Source of the DNA: Albidovulum sp. bin36
GTDB lineage: Bacteria; Pseudomonadota; Alphaproteobacteria; Rhodobacterales; Rhodobacteraceae
Assembly (NCBI GenBank): GCA_002238565.1
Contig: MPMP01000005.1
Coordinates: forward strand, 23,916 to 87,915
DNA: 64,000 nt
Reading direction: 5' to 3'
In this document: positions 1-8,059 of the stretch, piece by piece
Position numbering within the stretch: the first letter of the stretch is position 1
How the letters are laid out: each line of letters begins with the position of its first letter
Program-made: the position numbers and the translations under genes
The notes under the pieces: model-generated
Database searches by the model: none
What the model saw: only the letters and a program-made list of their open reading frames with translations
Told to the model about the DNA's origin: nothing

Positions 1-1
1 G

Positions 2-448
2 GACACGCTGCAGAAGGGCGACGATTTTTCGGGCTTCCTGGCGAAAGCCGTTCCTTTGCGTCTGCAGCGCAGGGCATTGCGAAGGCTTTGGCTGTCCGAT
101 CCGGTTCTCGCGAATCTCGACGAGCTCGTGGAGTACGGCGAGGATTTCACGGACGCCGCTACGGTTGTCGAAAATCTTCAAACCGCCTACCAGGTCGGAA
201 AGGGCATGCTCGAGCATGTGGAAAAAATGGCCGAGGCGGCGGCGCGGGCGGAGAGCGACGATTCCGCCGCCGAAGCCGCGGGGTCCGAGGCCGGCGAAGG
301 CGATTCTCTAGTGGATGCCGAGCCCGAGGACGAGATCTCGAACGAAACCGCCGAAGCCGCCGGTCCTCCCGAATCGCCCGAGGAGGAACAGGCGAACTCA
401 ACAGTCAAACGCCGCATGCGTTTCAAATTTTCCCGGGAAGGCGCCTGA
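2..448 (+). CDS. DUF3306-like protein of formate dehydrogenase clusters (5' end lies outside the window)
   Basis: The frame is open from base 2 (DTLQKGDDFSGFLAKAVPLRLQRRALRRLWLSDPVL...). It has an acidic low-complexity tail. It sits directly upstream of a TorD-like chaperone and the fdh genes, the usual DUF3305/DUF3306 context. Confidence 0.55.
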   Translation, partial: DTLQKGDDFSGFLAKAVPLRLQRRALRRLWLSDPVLANLDELVEYGEDFTDAATVVENLQTAYQVGKGMLEHVEKMAEAAARAESDDSAAEAAGSEAGEGDSLVDAEPEDEISNETAEAAGPPESPEEEQANSTVKRRMRFKFSREGA

Positions 449-450
449 CA

Positions 451-1098
451 ATGAATACGGACGACAAGCATCCCGGCCTGCCGCCGGAAGAAAAGCTTAG
501 GGCCGATCTCTACGCTTTTATGGGCGCGATACTTGCCGCGCCTCCCAAGCCTGACCTGATCGAAAAGATCGCCGGCGTGCGGGGCGACGACACGCCCCTC
601 GGCAAGGCCGTGCAGACGATGAGCCGGATGGCGCGCGTCGCGTCGCCGCGATCGGTGGAAGGCGAATTCAACGCCTTGTTCATAGGCGTCGGGCGAGGAG
701 AGCTTCTTCCCTACGGCAGTTACTACTTGACCGGCTTTCTGAATGAAAAGCCGCTTGCGCGACTGAGGAACGACATGGCTCGCCTCGGAATCGCAAGATC
801 GCCGAACGTATTCGAGCCCGAGGACAACATCGCCAGCTTGTTCGAAATCATGGCGGGTCTCGTTGCCGGTGCGTTCGGGCCGCCCGCGAGCATCGCCTTG
901 CAGCGGGAATTTTTCGACCGGCACATCGATTCCTGGGCGGAGCATTTCTTCGTAGACCTCGAAAACGCCAAGAATTCGGTATTCTACGCCCCGGTGGGCA
1001 CGGTCGGGCGCACGTTCATAGAGATCGAAAGAGAGTCTTTCCGCCTCGCGGGCGAGCCGACGGAAGAAGAAAAAGCGGCGCTGCCGATCGCGGAATAG
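451..1098 (+). CDS. TorD/DmsD-family redox enzyme maturation chaperone, probably specific for the formate dehydrogenase
   Basis: Internal ATG at 451 of track ORF 88..1098, 3 nt after the upstream stop. The sequence LYAFMGAILAAPP...EFNALFIGVGRGELLPYGSYYLTGFL...DNIASLFEIMAGL is typical of TorD-like chaperones. The 88-450 extension is Arg-rich junk overlapping the previous gene. Confidence 0.75.
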   Translation: MNTDDKHPGLPPEEKLRADLYAFMGAILAAPPKPDLIEKIAGVRGDDTPLGKAVQTMSRMARVASPRSVEGEFNALFIGVGRGELLPYGSYYLTGFLNEKPLARLRNDMARLGIARSPNVFEPEDNIASLFEIMAGLVAGAFGPPASIALQREFFDRHIDSWAEHFFVDLENAKNSVFYAPVGTVGRTFIEIERESFRLAGEPTEEEKAALPIAE

Positions 1099-1393
1099 AC
1101 CGGAGGCGGCGTTGATTCCGCATGGCCGGCATGCCGCTCGGCGGCGGCGCGATTCGGGGCGGCGGTGAATCGAAGCGGGAATCGGCGGTCGGGCCGTTGA
1201 TTCAGCCGCAGCCGCCGCGAACTCGCCGGCTGTCCGAAGGATTTTTCGTTCCCGAAACGAGAATTCCGCCTAGTTTCCGCGGAGTTCGAAATTTTCCCGG
1301 TATTGGTGAAGCCGCCGCGCTTTTTAGAGTTGACTAGTTCGCGAAAACCCTGTACGCAGGACCTAACCAGAGGTAGACCAAGGAGCTATCCAA

Positions 1394-1579
1394 ATGAAAG
1401 AGAATGTCGGCGATGGCGCAAATCGCCGTGACTTCCTGAAACTCGTATCGGTCTCCGCCCCAGCCGCCGCTGCAGCGACGGTCGCGGGCCAGGCTCAAGC
1501 GAGCGCGGCTATAGAAGCCGGCGACACGATGCAGGACACTCTGCACGTTCGCACCTATTATGAGAGCGCCCGTTTCTGA
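1394..1579 (+). CDS. small twin-arginine signal protein ('formate dehydrogenase region TAT target' family)
   Basis: 61 aa with an RRDFLK twin-arginine motif followed by an Ala-rich h-region. GGAG lies 9 nt upstream of the ATG. Located just upstream of the Fdh alpha subunit. Confidence 0.7.
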   Translation: MKENVGDGANRRDFLKLVSVSAPAAAAATVAGQAQASAAIEAGDTMQDTLHVRTYYESARF

Positions 1580-1691
1580 TATCGGACGCTTTCGATAGCC
1601 ATGGCTCGAGGTAGCGAGACGCCCTTGAGCTTGAATCATTGAAGAAACCCCGGCGCATCGACGCATGTCGAAGCGCTAAACGGAGGAAGCA

Positions 1692-4577
1692 ATGCTCAGG
1701 AAAAAGACCAACGGGGTTGCGAGACGCCCCCAGCGGACAACACTCCTGTCCAGTTTCGCCGAGAAATCTGTAGATAGGCGAACATTTCTGCGCAGTTCGG
1801 GGCTGACCATTGGAGGGCTGGCGGCGATTGGCGCAACAGCCGGAACGGTCACCCAGGCGAGCGCAAACTCCAGTGGCGGCGTGGACATCGTAAAGTCCGT
1901 CTGCACGCACTGCTCCGTCGGCTGCTCGGTCATAGCCGAAGTCGACAACGGCGTCTGGATCGGGCAGGAGCCCGGCTGGGACAGCCCGTTCAACCTCGGA
2001 GCCCACTGCGCCAAAGGCGCGTCGGTGCGCGAACACGCTCACGGCGAACGCCGGCTCAAGTATCCCATGAAGAAAATGAACGGCGAATGGGTGCGCATAA
2101 GCTGGGACCAGGCCATCAACGAAATCGGCGACGGCATGATGAATATCCGCGCCGAGAGCGGACCGGATAGCGTGTATTGGCTCGGTTCGGCCAAGCACAG
2201 CAATGAACAGGCGTACCTGTTCCGCAAATTCGCCGCCTACTGGGGCACGAACAACGTCGATCACCAGGCGAGGATTTGCCACTCGACCACGGTAGCCGGA
2301 GTTGCCAACACATGGGGCTACGGCGCCATGACCAACAGCTACAACGACATCCACAATTCCAGGGCGATCTTTCTAATCGGAGGCAACCCCGCGGAAGCGC
2401 ATCCGGTGTCGCTGCTGCACGTTCTTCGAGCCAAGGAGCAGAATAACGCTCCGCTCATCGTTTGCGACCCGCGCTTCACGCGGACTGCGGCGCACGCGGA
2501 TGAGTACGTCAGGTTCCGTCCCGGAACGGATGTCGCGCTCGTCTGGGGCATCGTTTGGCACATCTTCCAGAACGGATGGGAAGACAAGGAATTCATCCGC
2601 ACCCGCGTCTGGGGCATGGATCAAATTCGCGAGGAAGTCGCGAAATGGACTCCCGAGGAAGTGGAGCGCGTAACCGGCACGCCGGGTTCGCAGCTTCGCC
2701 GTGTCGCCAAGCTCATGGCCAACAACAGGCCCGGCACGGTCATTTGGTGCATGGGCGGAACCCAGCATACGAGCGGCAACAACAACACGCGCGCCTACTG
2801 CGTGCTTCAGCTCGCTCTCGGCAACATGGGCACTTCGGGCGGCGGCACGAACATCTTCCGCGGCCACGACAATGTTCAGGGGGCCACCGACCTCGGCGTT
2901 CTCAGCCACACTCTCCCGGGCTACTACGGCCTTTCGGGCGGAGCGTGGGCGCACTGGGCGCGCGTCTGGGAGGAAGATCTGGATTGGCTGAAGGGCCAGT
3001 TCGACACGATCAAGGGGGCGGACGGCAAGGACAAGCCGCTCATGAACCTTACCGGCATTCCGGTGTCGCGCTGGATCGACGGGGTTCTGGAGAATCCGGA
3101 CAACATTGACCAGCCGAACAATGTTCGCGCCATGGTGCTGTGGGGTCACGCTCCCAACTCGCAAACGCGCCTGAAGGAAATGAAGACGGCCATGGAGAAG
3201 CTCGACATGCTGGTCGTGGTCGATCCGTATCCGACGGTTTCCGCCGTGCTTCACGACCGCACCGACGGCGTATATTTGCTGCCCGCCTCGACGCAGTTCG
3301 AGACCTACGGCTCCGTAACGGCTTCTAATCGGTCGATCCAGTGGCGCGACAGAGTCGTGGCCCCGCTGTTCGAATCGCTTCCCGATGAAATCATCATGGC
3401 GAAATTCGCGAAGAAGTTCGGATGGGCCGACAGGTTCTTCCGCAATATCGAGCTTAACGGCGATCAGCCGGTCAACGAAGATGTCACGCGCGAACTCAAC
3501 CGCGGCATGTGGACCATCGGCTACACCGGTCAGTCTCCCGAAAGGCTCAAGCTGCACATGGCCAATCAGCATACGTTCGACAAGACGACGCTGCTGGCTG
3601 TCGGCGGAGCTGCGGACGGCGATTACTACGGCATGCCGTGGCCCTGCTGGGGCACCGCCGAGATGGGCCATCCGGGAACGCCGAATCTCTACGACATGTC
3701 GAAGCCGGTCTCCGCGGGCGGATTGACCTTCAGGGCTCGCTTCGGAGTTGAAAGGGATGGCGAGAACTTGCTTGCGGAAGGCGTCTACAGCGCGGGGTCC
3801 GAAATCCAGGACGGATATCCGGAATTCACGATGCAGATGCTGATGGATCTCGGATGGGACGGCGACCTTACCGATGCCGAGCGCGCGGTCATAGACGGAA
3901 TCGCAGGCGCGAAGACGAATTGGAAGACCGACCTTTCGGGCGGCATCCAGCGCGTCGCGATTAAGCATGAGTGCGCGCCGTTCGGCAACGCGAAGGCTCG
4001 AGCCGTCGTCTGGAACTTCCCGGATCCTGTTCCGATCCACCGCGAGCCTCTCTACACGCCGCGTCGCGATCTGGTGGCGGACTACCCGACCTACGAGGAC
4101 AGGAAGTTCTACCGCCTTCCGACCATGTATGCTTCGATTCAGAAAAACGACTTCTCGAAGGATTATCCATTAATCCTGACATCCGGTCGCTTGGTTGAAT
4201 ACGAGGGCGGCGGAGACGAGAGTCGATCGAATCCGTGGCTGGCCGAGCTTCAGCAGGACATGTTCGCGGAAGTCAATCCGCGCGATGCCAACAACCACGG
4301 CATTCGCAACGGAGAGCAGATCTGGGTCGAAGGCCCCGAAGGAGCCAAGGTCAAGGTAATGGCTATGGTTACCGAACGGGTTGGCGCCGGCGTTGTGTTT
4401 ATGCCCTTCCACTTCGGAGGGCACTTGGAAGGCGTGGACCTAAGGCACAAGTACCCGGCAGGCGCGGATCCCTACGTTCTGGGCGAATCTAGCAATACTG
4501 CTCAGACTTACGGCTATGACTCGGTTACCCAGATGCAGGAGACGAAGACGACTCTCTGCAAAATCTGGGCAGCTTAA
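1692..4577 (+). CDS. fdhA: formate dehydrogenase alpha subunit (molybdopterin oxidoreductase, Tat-exported, Cys-type)
   Basis: 961 aa. Tat motif RRTFLRSSG. N-terminal 4Fe-4S motif CTHCSVGCS. HQARICHSTT has Cys where FdnG-type enzymes have selenocysteine, and there is no in-frame TGA. GGAGG Shine-Dalgarno. Confidence 0.92.
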   Translation: MLRKKTNGVARRPQRTTLLSSFAEKSVDRRTFLRSSGLTIGGLAAIGATAGTVTQASANSSGGVDIVKSVCTHCSVGCSVIAEVDNGVWIGQEPGWDSPFNLGAHCAKGASVREHAHGERRLKYPMKKMNGEWVRISWDQAINEIGDGMMNIRAESGPDSVYWLGSAKHSNEQAYLFRKFAAYWGTNNVDHQARICHSTTVAGVANTWGYGAMTNSYNDIHNSRAIFLIGGNPAEAHPVSLLHVLRAKEQNNAPLIVCDPRFTRTAAHADEYVRFRPGTDVALVWGIVWHIFQNGWEDKEFIRTRVWGMDQIREEVAKWTPEEVERVTGTPGSQLRRVAKLMANNRPGTVIWCMGGTQHTSGNNNTRAYCVLQLALGNMGTSGGGTNIFRGHDNVQGATDLGVLSHTLPGYYGLSGGAWAHWARVWEEDLDWLKGQFDTIKGADGKDKPLMNLTGIPVSRWIDGVLENPDNIDQPNNVRAMVLWGHAPNSQTRLKEMKTAMEKLDMLVVVDPYPTVSAVLHDRTDGVYLLPASTQFETYGSVTASNRSIQWRDRVVAPLFESLPDEIIMAKFAKKFGWADRFFRNIELNGDQPVNEDVTRELNRGMWTIGYTGQSPERLKLHMANQHTFDKTTLLAVGGAADGDYYGMPWPCWGTAEMGHPGTPNLYDMSKPVSAGGLTFRARFGVERDGENLLAEGVYSAGSEIQDGYPEFTMQMLMDLGWDGDLTDAERAVIDGIAGAKTNWKTDLSGGIQRVAIKHECAPFGNAKARAVVWNFPDPVPIHREPLYTPRRDLVADYPTYEDRKFYRLPTMYASIQKNDFSKDYPLILTSGRLVEYEGGGDESRSNPWLAELQQDMFAEVNPRDANNHGIRNGEQIWVEGPEGAKVKVMAMVTERVGAGVVFMPFHFGGHLEGVDLRHKYPAGADPYVLGESSNTAQTYGYDSVTQMQETKTTLCKIWAA

Positions 4578-4588
4578 GGAGACAGGAA

Positions 4589-5182
4589 ATGGCAAGAGCT
4601 AAGTTCCTTTGCGATGCCGAGCGCTGCATCGAATGCAACGCCTGCGTAACCGCTTGCAAGAACGAGAACGAGGTGCCCTGGGGCATCAACCGCCGCCGCG
4701 TGGTGACGATCAACGACGGTAGCCCCGGCGAGCGCTCGATTTCGGTCGCCTGCATGCACTGCTCAGACGCGCCCTGCATGGCCGTTTGCCCGGTGGACTG
4801 CTTCTACCAGACCGACGACGGGGTGGTTCTCCATTCCAAGGATCTCTGCATCGGCTGCGGTTACTGCTTCTACGCGTGTCCTTTCGGCGCGCCGCAATTC
4901 CCGCAAGCCGGGAACTTCGGATCGCGCGGCAAGATGGACAAGTGCACGTTCTGCGCCGGCGGCCCCGAGGAGACGTTCTCGAATGCGGAATTCTCCAAAT
5001 ACGGTCGAAACCGCATTGCCGAAGGCAAACTGCCGATCTGCGCTGAAATGTGCGCGACCAAGGCGCTCCTGGCCGGCGACGGGGATGTGGTTTCCACGAT
5101 CTTCCGCGAACGCGTCGTAGCTCGAGGCTTCGGCACCGGCGCATGGGGCTGGGGCACCGCCTACGGTCAGAAGGCAAGCTGA
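4589..5182 (+). CDS. fdhB: formate dehydrogenase iron-sulfur (beta) subunit, 4Fe-4S dicluster protein
   Basis: Multiple CxxCxxCxxxC(P) ferredoxin motifs (CIECNACVTAC, CMHCSDAPC, CIGCGYCFYACP, CTFC). AGGAG Shine-Dalgarno. Immediately downstream of the alpha subunit. Confidence 0.9.
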   Translation: MARAKFLCDAERCIECNACVTACKNENEVPWGINRRRVVTINDGSPGERSISVACMHCSDAPCMAVCPVDCFYQTDDGVVLHSKDLCIGCGYCFYACPFGAPQFPQAGNFGSRGKMDKCTFCAGGPEETFSNAEFSKYGRNRIAEGKLPICAEMCATKALLAGDGDVVSTIFRERVVARGFGTGAWGWGTAYGQKAS

Positions 5183-5304
5183 TAGGCCCAGCTGAATTTT
5201 TGGACGGAGCGGCGCAGCGCCGCTCCGCTCCGGTTTTCAATGTTTTCTCAAGACTTGCGCGTCTGCGGCAGGACGGCAGACTGGTCTACGCAATAGGTGC
5301 TACA

Positions 5305-6525
5305 ATGTCCTCCATGCGCGCTTTCGCAATTTTCCTATCTATTCTGACTTTCACGGCGTTCGGCGCCGTCTCCATAGCAAACGCGCAGTCCGGCCAGGGC
5401 GAGCGAGCTTCCACCGGCGGGGCGCAGACTCTGGACGACATCCTCGCTCGGCAGCGAGGCGAAATCATCGACGACGAATTCCGTCGAGGAGATATCGGCG
5501 ATCCCGGCGCAGGCGCGGACATCACCAATCTGCTCGGAACGATGGGCGGGGTATCGGATCCGGAAATCTGGAGGGCTCTGCGCTACGGCAGCGCGGATGT
5601 AACGGCAAGCTCGGGAACGCCGGGATCGACTCTCCTGGTCCAGGACGGGGGCATGCGGTGGCTTCAGCTGCGCGCCGGGCCGCTTAGAATCTACGGCGGC
5701 TATTTGCTTCTGGGCGTAATTGCTCTGATCGGCGTCTTTTTCCTTCTGCGCGGGCGAATACGCGTCGAAGGCGAGAAGACCGGGGAGCTGTTCGTGCGAT
5801 TCAACGCGATCGAGCGCTTCGGCCACTGGCTGCTCGCCGGTTCATTCATCCTTTTGGGCATTACCGGACTTATCACGCTTTTCGGACGGGTGGCGTTTAT
5901 CCCAATCATGGGCAAGGATGCGTTTTCCGTCGTTGCCCTGGGTTCGAAATGGATCCACAACAATGTCAGCTGGGCGTTCATGGCGGCCCTGGTGCTGGTG
6001 TTCGTTTGCTGGGTAATTCACAACATTCCGAACCGCGCGGATCTGATCTGGCTTGCCAAGGGAGGAGGCCTGTTTACGAAAGGCACCCATCCTCCGGCGC
6101 GAAAATTCAACGCCGGCCAAAAAATCGTATTCTGGGCCGTGATTATTCTCGGCGCATCGGTTTCCGCTTCCGGGCTTTCGCTCCTCTTTCCGTTCGAAAT
6201 GCCGATGTTCGCGGCGACGTTCGAGAAAATGAACGCGCTCGGCATTCCGGGCCTGCTGAACATGGAGCCGTATCCGGAAGCTCTGTCTCCTCATGAGGAA
6301 ATGCAATTCGCTCAGCTTTGGCATTCGATCATAGCATTTCTTATGATCGCTCTGGTTATCGCGCACATCTATCTCGGCTCGATCGGAATGGAAGGCGCCT
6401 TCGACGCCATGGGAACGGGCAAGGTCGAAAGCCAGTGGGCCAAGGAGCATCATTCGCTCTGGTACAAAGAGATTCAGACGAAATCGAAGCAGAATTCCGA
6501 GCAATCCCCGGAACCCGCCGAGTGA
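5305..6525 (+). CDS. fdhC: formate dehydrogenase gamma subunit (cytochrome b, membrane) with an N-terminal secreted extension
   Basis: Internal ATG at 5305 of track ORF 5050..6525. Signal-like MSSMRAFAIFLSILTFTAFGAVSIANA. Then about 4-5 hydrophobic helices with conserved His (RFGHWLLAGSF, IHNNVSWAF, QKIVFWAVII, LWHSIIAFLMIALVIAHIY). The start is uncertain. Confidence 0.8.
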   Translation: MSSMRAFAIFLSILTFTAFGAVSIANAQSGQGERASTGGAQTLDDILARQRGEIIDDEFRRGDIGDPGAGADITNLLGTMGGVSDPEIWRALRYGSADVTASSGTPGSTLLVQDGGMRWLQLRAGPLRIYGGYLLLGVIALIGVFFLLRGRIRVEGEKTGELFVRFNAIERFGHWLLAGSFILLGITGLITLFGRVAFIPIMGKDAFSVVALGSKWIHNNVSWAFMAALVLVFVCWVIHNIPNRADLIWLAKGGGLFTKGTHPPARKFNAGQKIVFWAVIILGASVSASGLSLLFPFEMPMFAATFEKMNALGIPGLLNMEPYPEALSPHEEMQFAQLWHSIIAFLMIALVIAHIYLGSIGMEGAFDAMGTGKVESQWAKEHHSLWYKEIQTKSKQNSEQSPEPAE

Positions 6526-6526
6526 C

Positions 6527-7825
6527 ATGCCGCTGCGGGCGATTCTCGCAAGCTTCCTTATCTTCCCGTCTCTAGCCGGAGCCGGAGAATTCTTCACGCT
6601 TAAAGGGCACGGGGGCCCCATTTCGGCGATCGACGTCTCGCCCGACGGAAAGTCTATTCTGACGGGCAGCTTCGACTATTCGCTGGGCCTATGGAGGGAC
6701 GGCGAGCCGACATGGCTCGAAGCTCACCGGGCTGCGATCAATTCCGTCAAGTTCGTCAGCGACGAGACCGCGATTTCGGCGGGCGACGATTTCGACATGT
6801 ATTTGTGGGATCTGGAATCCGGCGCGTCCCGGCGGCTTCCGGGACATAGGGGCAAGATCAGGTCCGTCGCCGTTTCGCCCGACGGAAGCCGCATCGCGTC
6901 GGCGAGCTGGGACCGTACTATCGGAATCTGGCCCGCAGGCGAAGGCGAGCCGAAATTTCTGTCCGGGCACCGCGGCAGCGTCAACGATGTGCTTTTTTCC
7001 GACGGCGGAGGAGAGCTTTTTTCCGCATCTGCGGATGGAACAATTCGGGTCTGGCGCGTTTCCGACGGCGCGCAGGTGCAAACGCTTCTCAAGCACGGAT
7101 TCGCCGTCAATGCTCTGGCGGCCGATTTCGAAAGCGGCTGGCTGGCCTACGGCGCGGTCGACGGAGCCTTGCGAATTGTGGAGACGGAAGGCGGCTCGCT
7201 CGTCAAGGACTTTACGAAAGGCAGCCGTCCGATCCTCGCGCTGGCGGTAGACCGGGAGTCCGAAAGGCTGGCCGCAGGCGACATAGAAGGCAACATTAGG
7301 ATTTTCGACACCGTCGAATGGCGACTAATAAGAGAATTTCGCGCATCTCTGCGCGGGCCGGTCTGGGCGCTCAGGTTTTCAGCCGACGGCTCGAATATAC
7401 ATGCTGGCGGATTGGACGATTCGGTGTATTCCTGGCCCGTGGACGCGCAACTGAGCAGGGAAAGAATGTCGAGGGAACAATTTTCGTTTCTGAGGAAGCC
7501 GAGCGAAATGAGCAACGGAGAAAGGCAGTTTCACCGAAAGTGCTCGATTTGCCATACGCTCAGTCCCGACGGCCGGCGGCGCGCCGGACCGACGCTGCAC
7601 AGAATATTCGGGCGCCGAGCGGGCGAACTCGAGGGCTACAGGTTCTCGCCATCCCTCAAGCAATCGGATATAGTTTGGAATGCCGATACTATTGACAAGC
7701 TCTTCGACCTCGGTCCGGACCATTTCATTCCCGGATCCAAAATGCCGATGCAGAGGATTGCCAAGCCGCAGGATCGAATCGACTTGATCGAATACCTGCG
7801 GGCGGCGGCTTCCATGGAGAATTAA
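6527..7825 (+). CDS. periplasmic WD40 beta-propeller protein fused to a C-terminal c-type cytochrome domain
   Basis: Signal peptide MPLRAILASFLIFPSLAGA. Repeated GH...D/WD-like units (LKGHGGPISAIDVSPDG, LPGHRGKIRSVAVSPDG...SWDRTIGIW, LSGHRGSVNDVLFS...ADGTIRVW). C-terminal CSICH heme-binding motif plus a downstream Met ligand region (GSKMP). The ATG lies 2 nt after the fdhC stop. Confidence 0.8.
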   Translation: MPLRAILASFLIFPSLAGAGEFFTLKGHGGPISAIDVSPDGKSILTGSFDYSLGLWRDGEPTWLEAHRAAINSVKFVSDETAISAGDDFDMYLWDLESGASRRLPGHRGKIRSVAVSPDGSRIASASWDRTIGIWPAGEGEPKFLSGHRGSVNDVLFSDGGGELFSASADGTIRVWRVSDGAQVQTLLKHGFAVNALAADFESGWLAYGAVDGALRIVETEGGSLVKDFTKGSRPILALAVDRESERLAAGDIEGNIRIFDTVEWRLIREFRASLRGPVWALRFSADGSNIHAGGLDDSVYSWPVDAQLSRERMSREQFSFLRKPSEMSNGERQFHRKCSICHTLSPDGRRRAGPTLHRIFGRRAGELEGYRFSPSLKQSDIVWNADTIDKLFDLGPDHFIPGSKMPMQRIAKPQDRIDLIEYLRAAASMEN

Positions 7826-7826
7826 A

Positions 7827-7952
7827 ATGAGAGCCATGCTAATTGCATTCCTGGCGACGACGGCAATAGCGGTCGGGGCGGACTATCTGCTGGACCGGGC
7901 GGGCTATTCGACGATCGAGTATACTTCCGGAGCCGCGGTCAGAATAGATTAA
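7827..7952 (+). CDS. possible 41-aa small hydrophobic protein
   Basis: Not in the ORF track because it is under 60 aa. ATG at 7827 is preceded by GGAG 8 nt upstream. MRAMLIAFLATTAIAVGADYLLDRAGYSTIEYTSGAAVRID; TAA at 7950-7952. Confidence 0.3.
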   Translation: MRAMLIAFLATTAIAVGADYLLDRAGYSTIEYTSGAAVRID

Positions 7953-7958
7953 GCGCCG

Positions 7959-7994
7959 CGACCCGGGATGAATTCGGCCTTGGCCCCCGGGTCG
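7959..7994. terminator. inverted repeat between the convergent fdh and ABC operons (possible bidirectional terminator)
   Basis: CGACCCGGG (7959-7967) pairs with CCCGGGTCG (7986-7994). There is no clear U-tract. Confidence 0.25.
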
Positions 7995-8059
7995 GATCGA
8001 CGGAGTCGAATCGTCAATTCCATCGCCGGCAAAGTCGCTCCGCCTTGCCGGTCGACGCG

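Noticed and set aside
88-450. N-terminal extension of the TorD-like ORF (track start at 88)
   Set aside because: The extension is an Arg/Gly-rich out-of-frame read-through of the DUF3306-like gene. An ATG at 451 immediately after that gene's stop gives a normal chaperone N-terminus.
2373-4040. 555-aa minus-strand ORF inside the formate dehydrogenase alpha gene
   Set aside because: It is antisense to a gene with unmistakable molybdopterin oxidoreductase motifs. The product is Arg/Ala/Pro-rich with no motifs, a typical shadow ORF in high-GC DNA.
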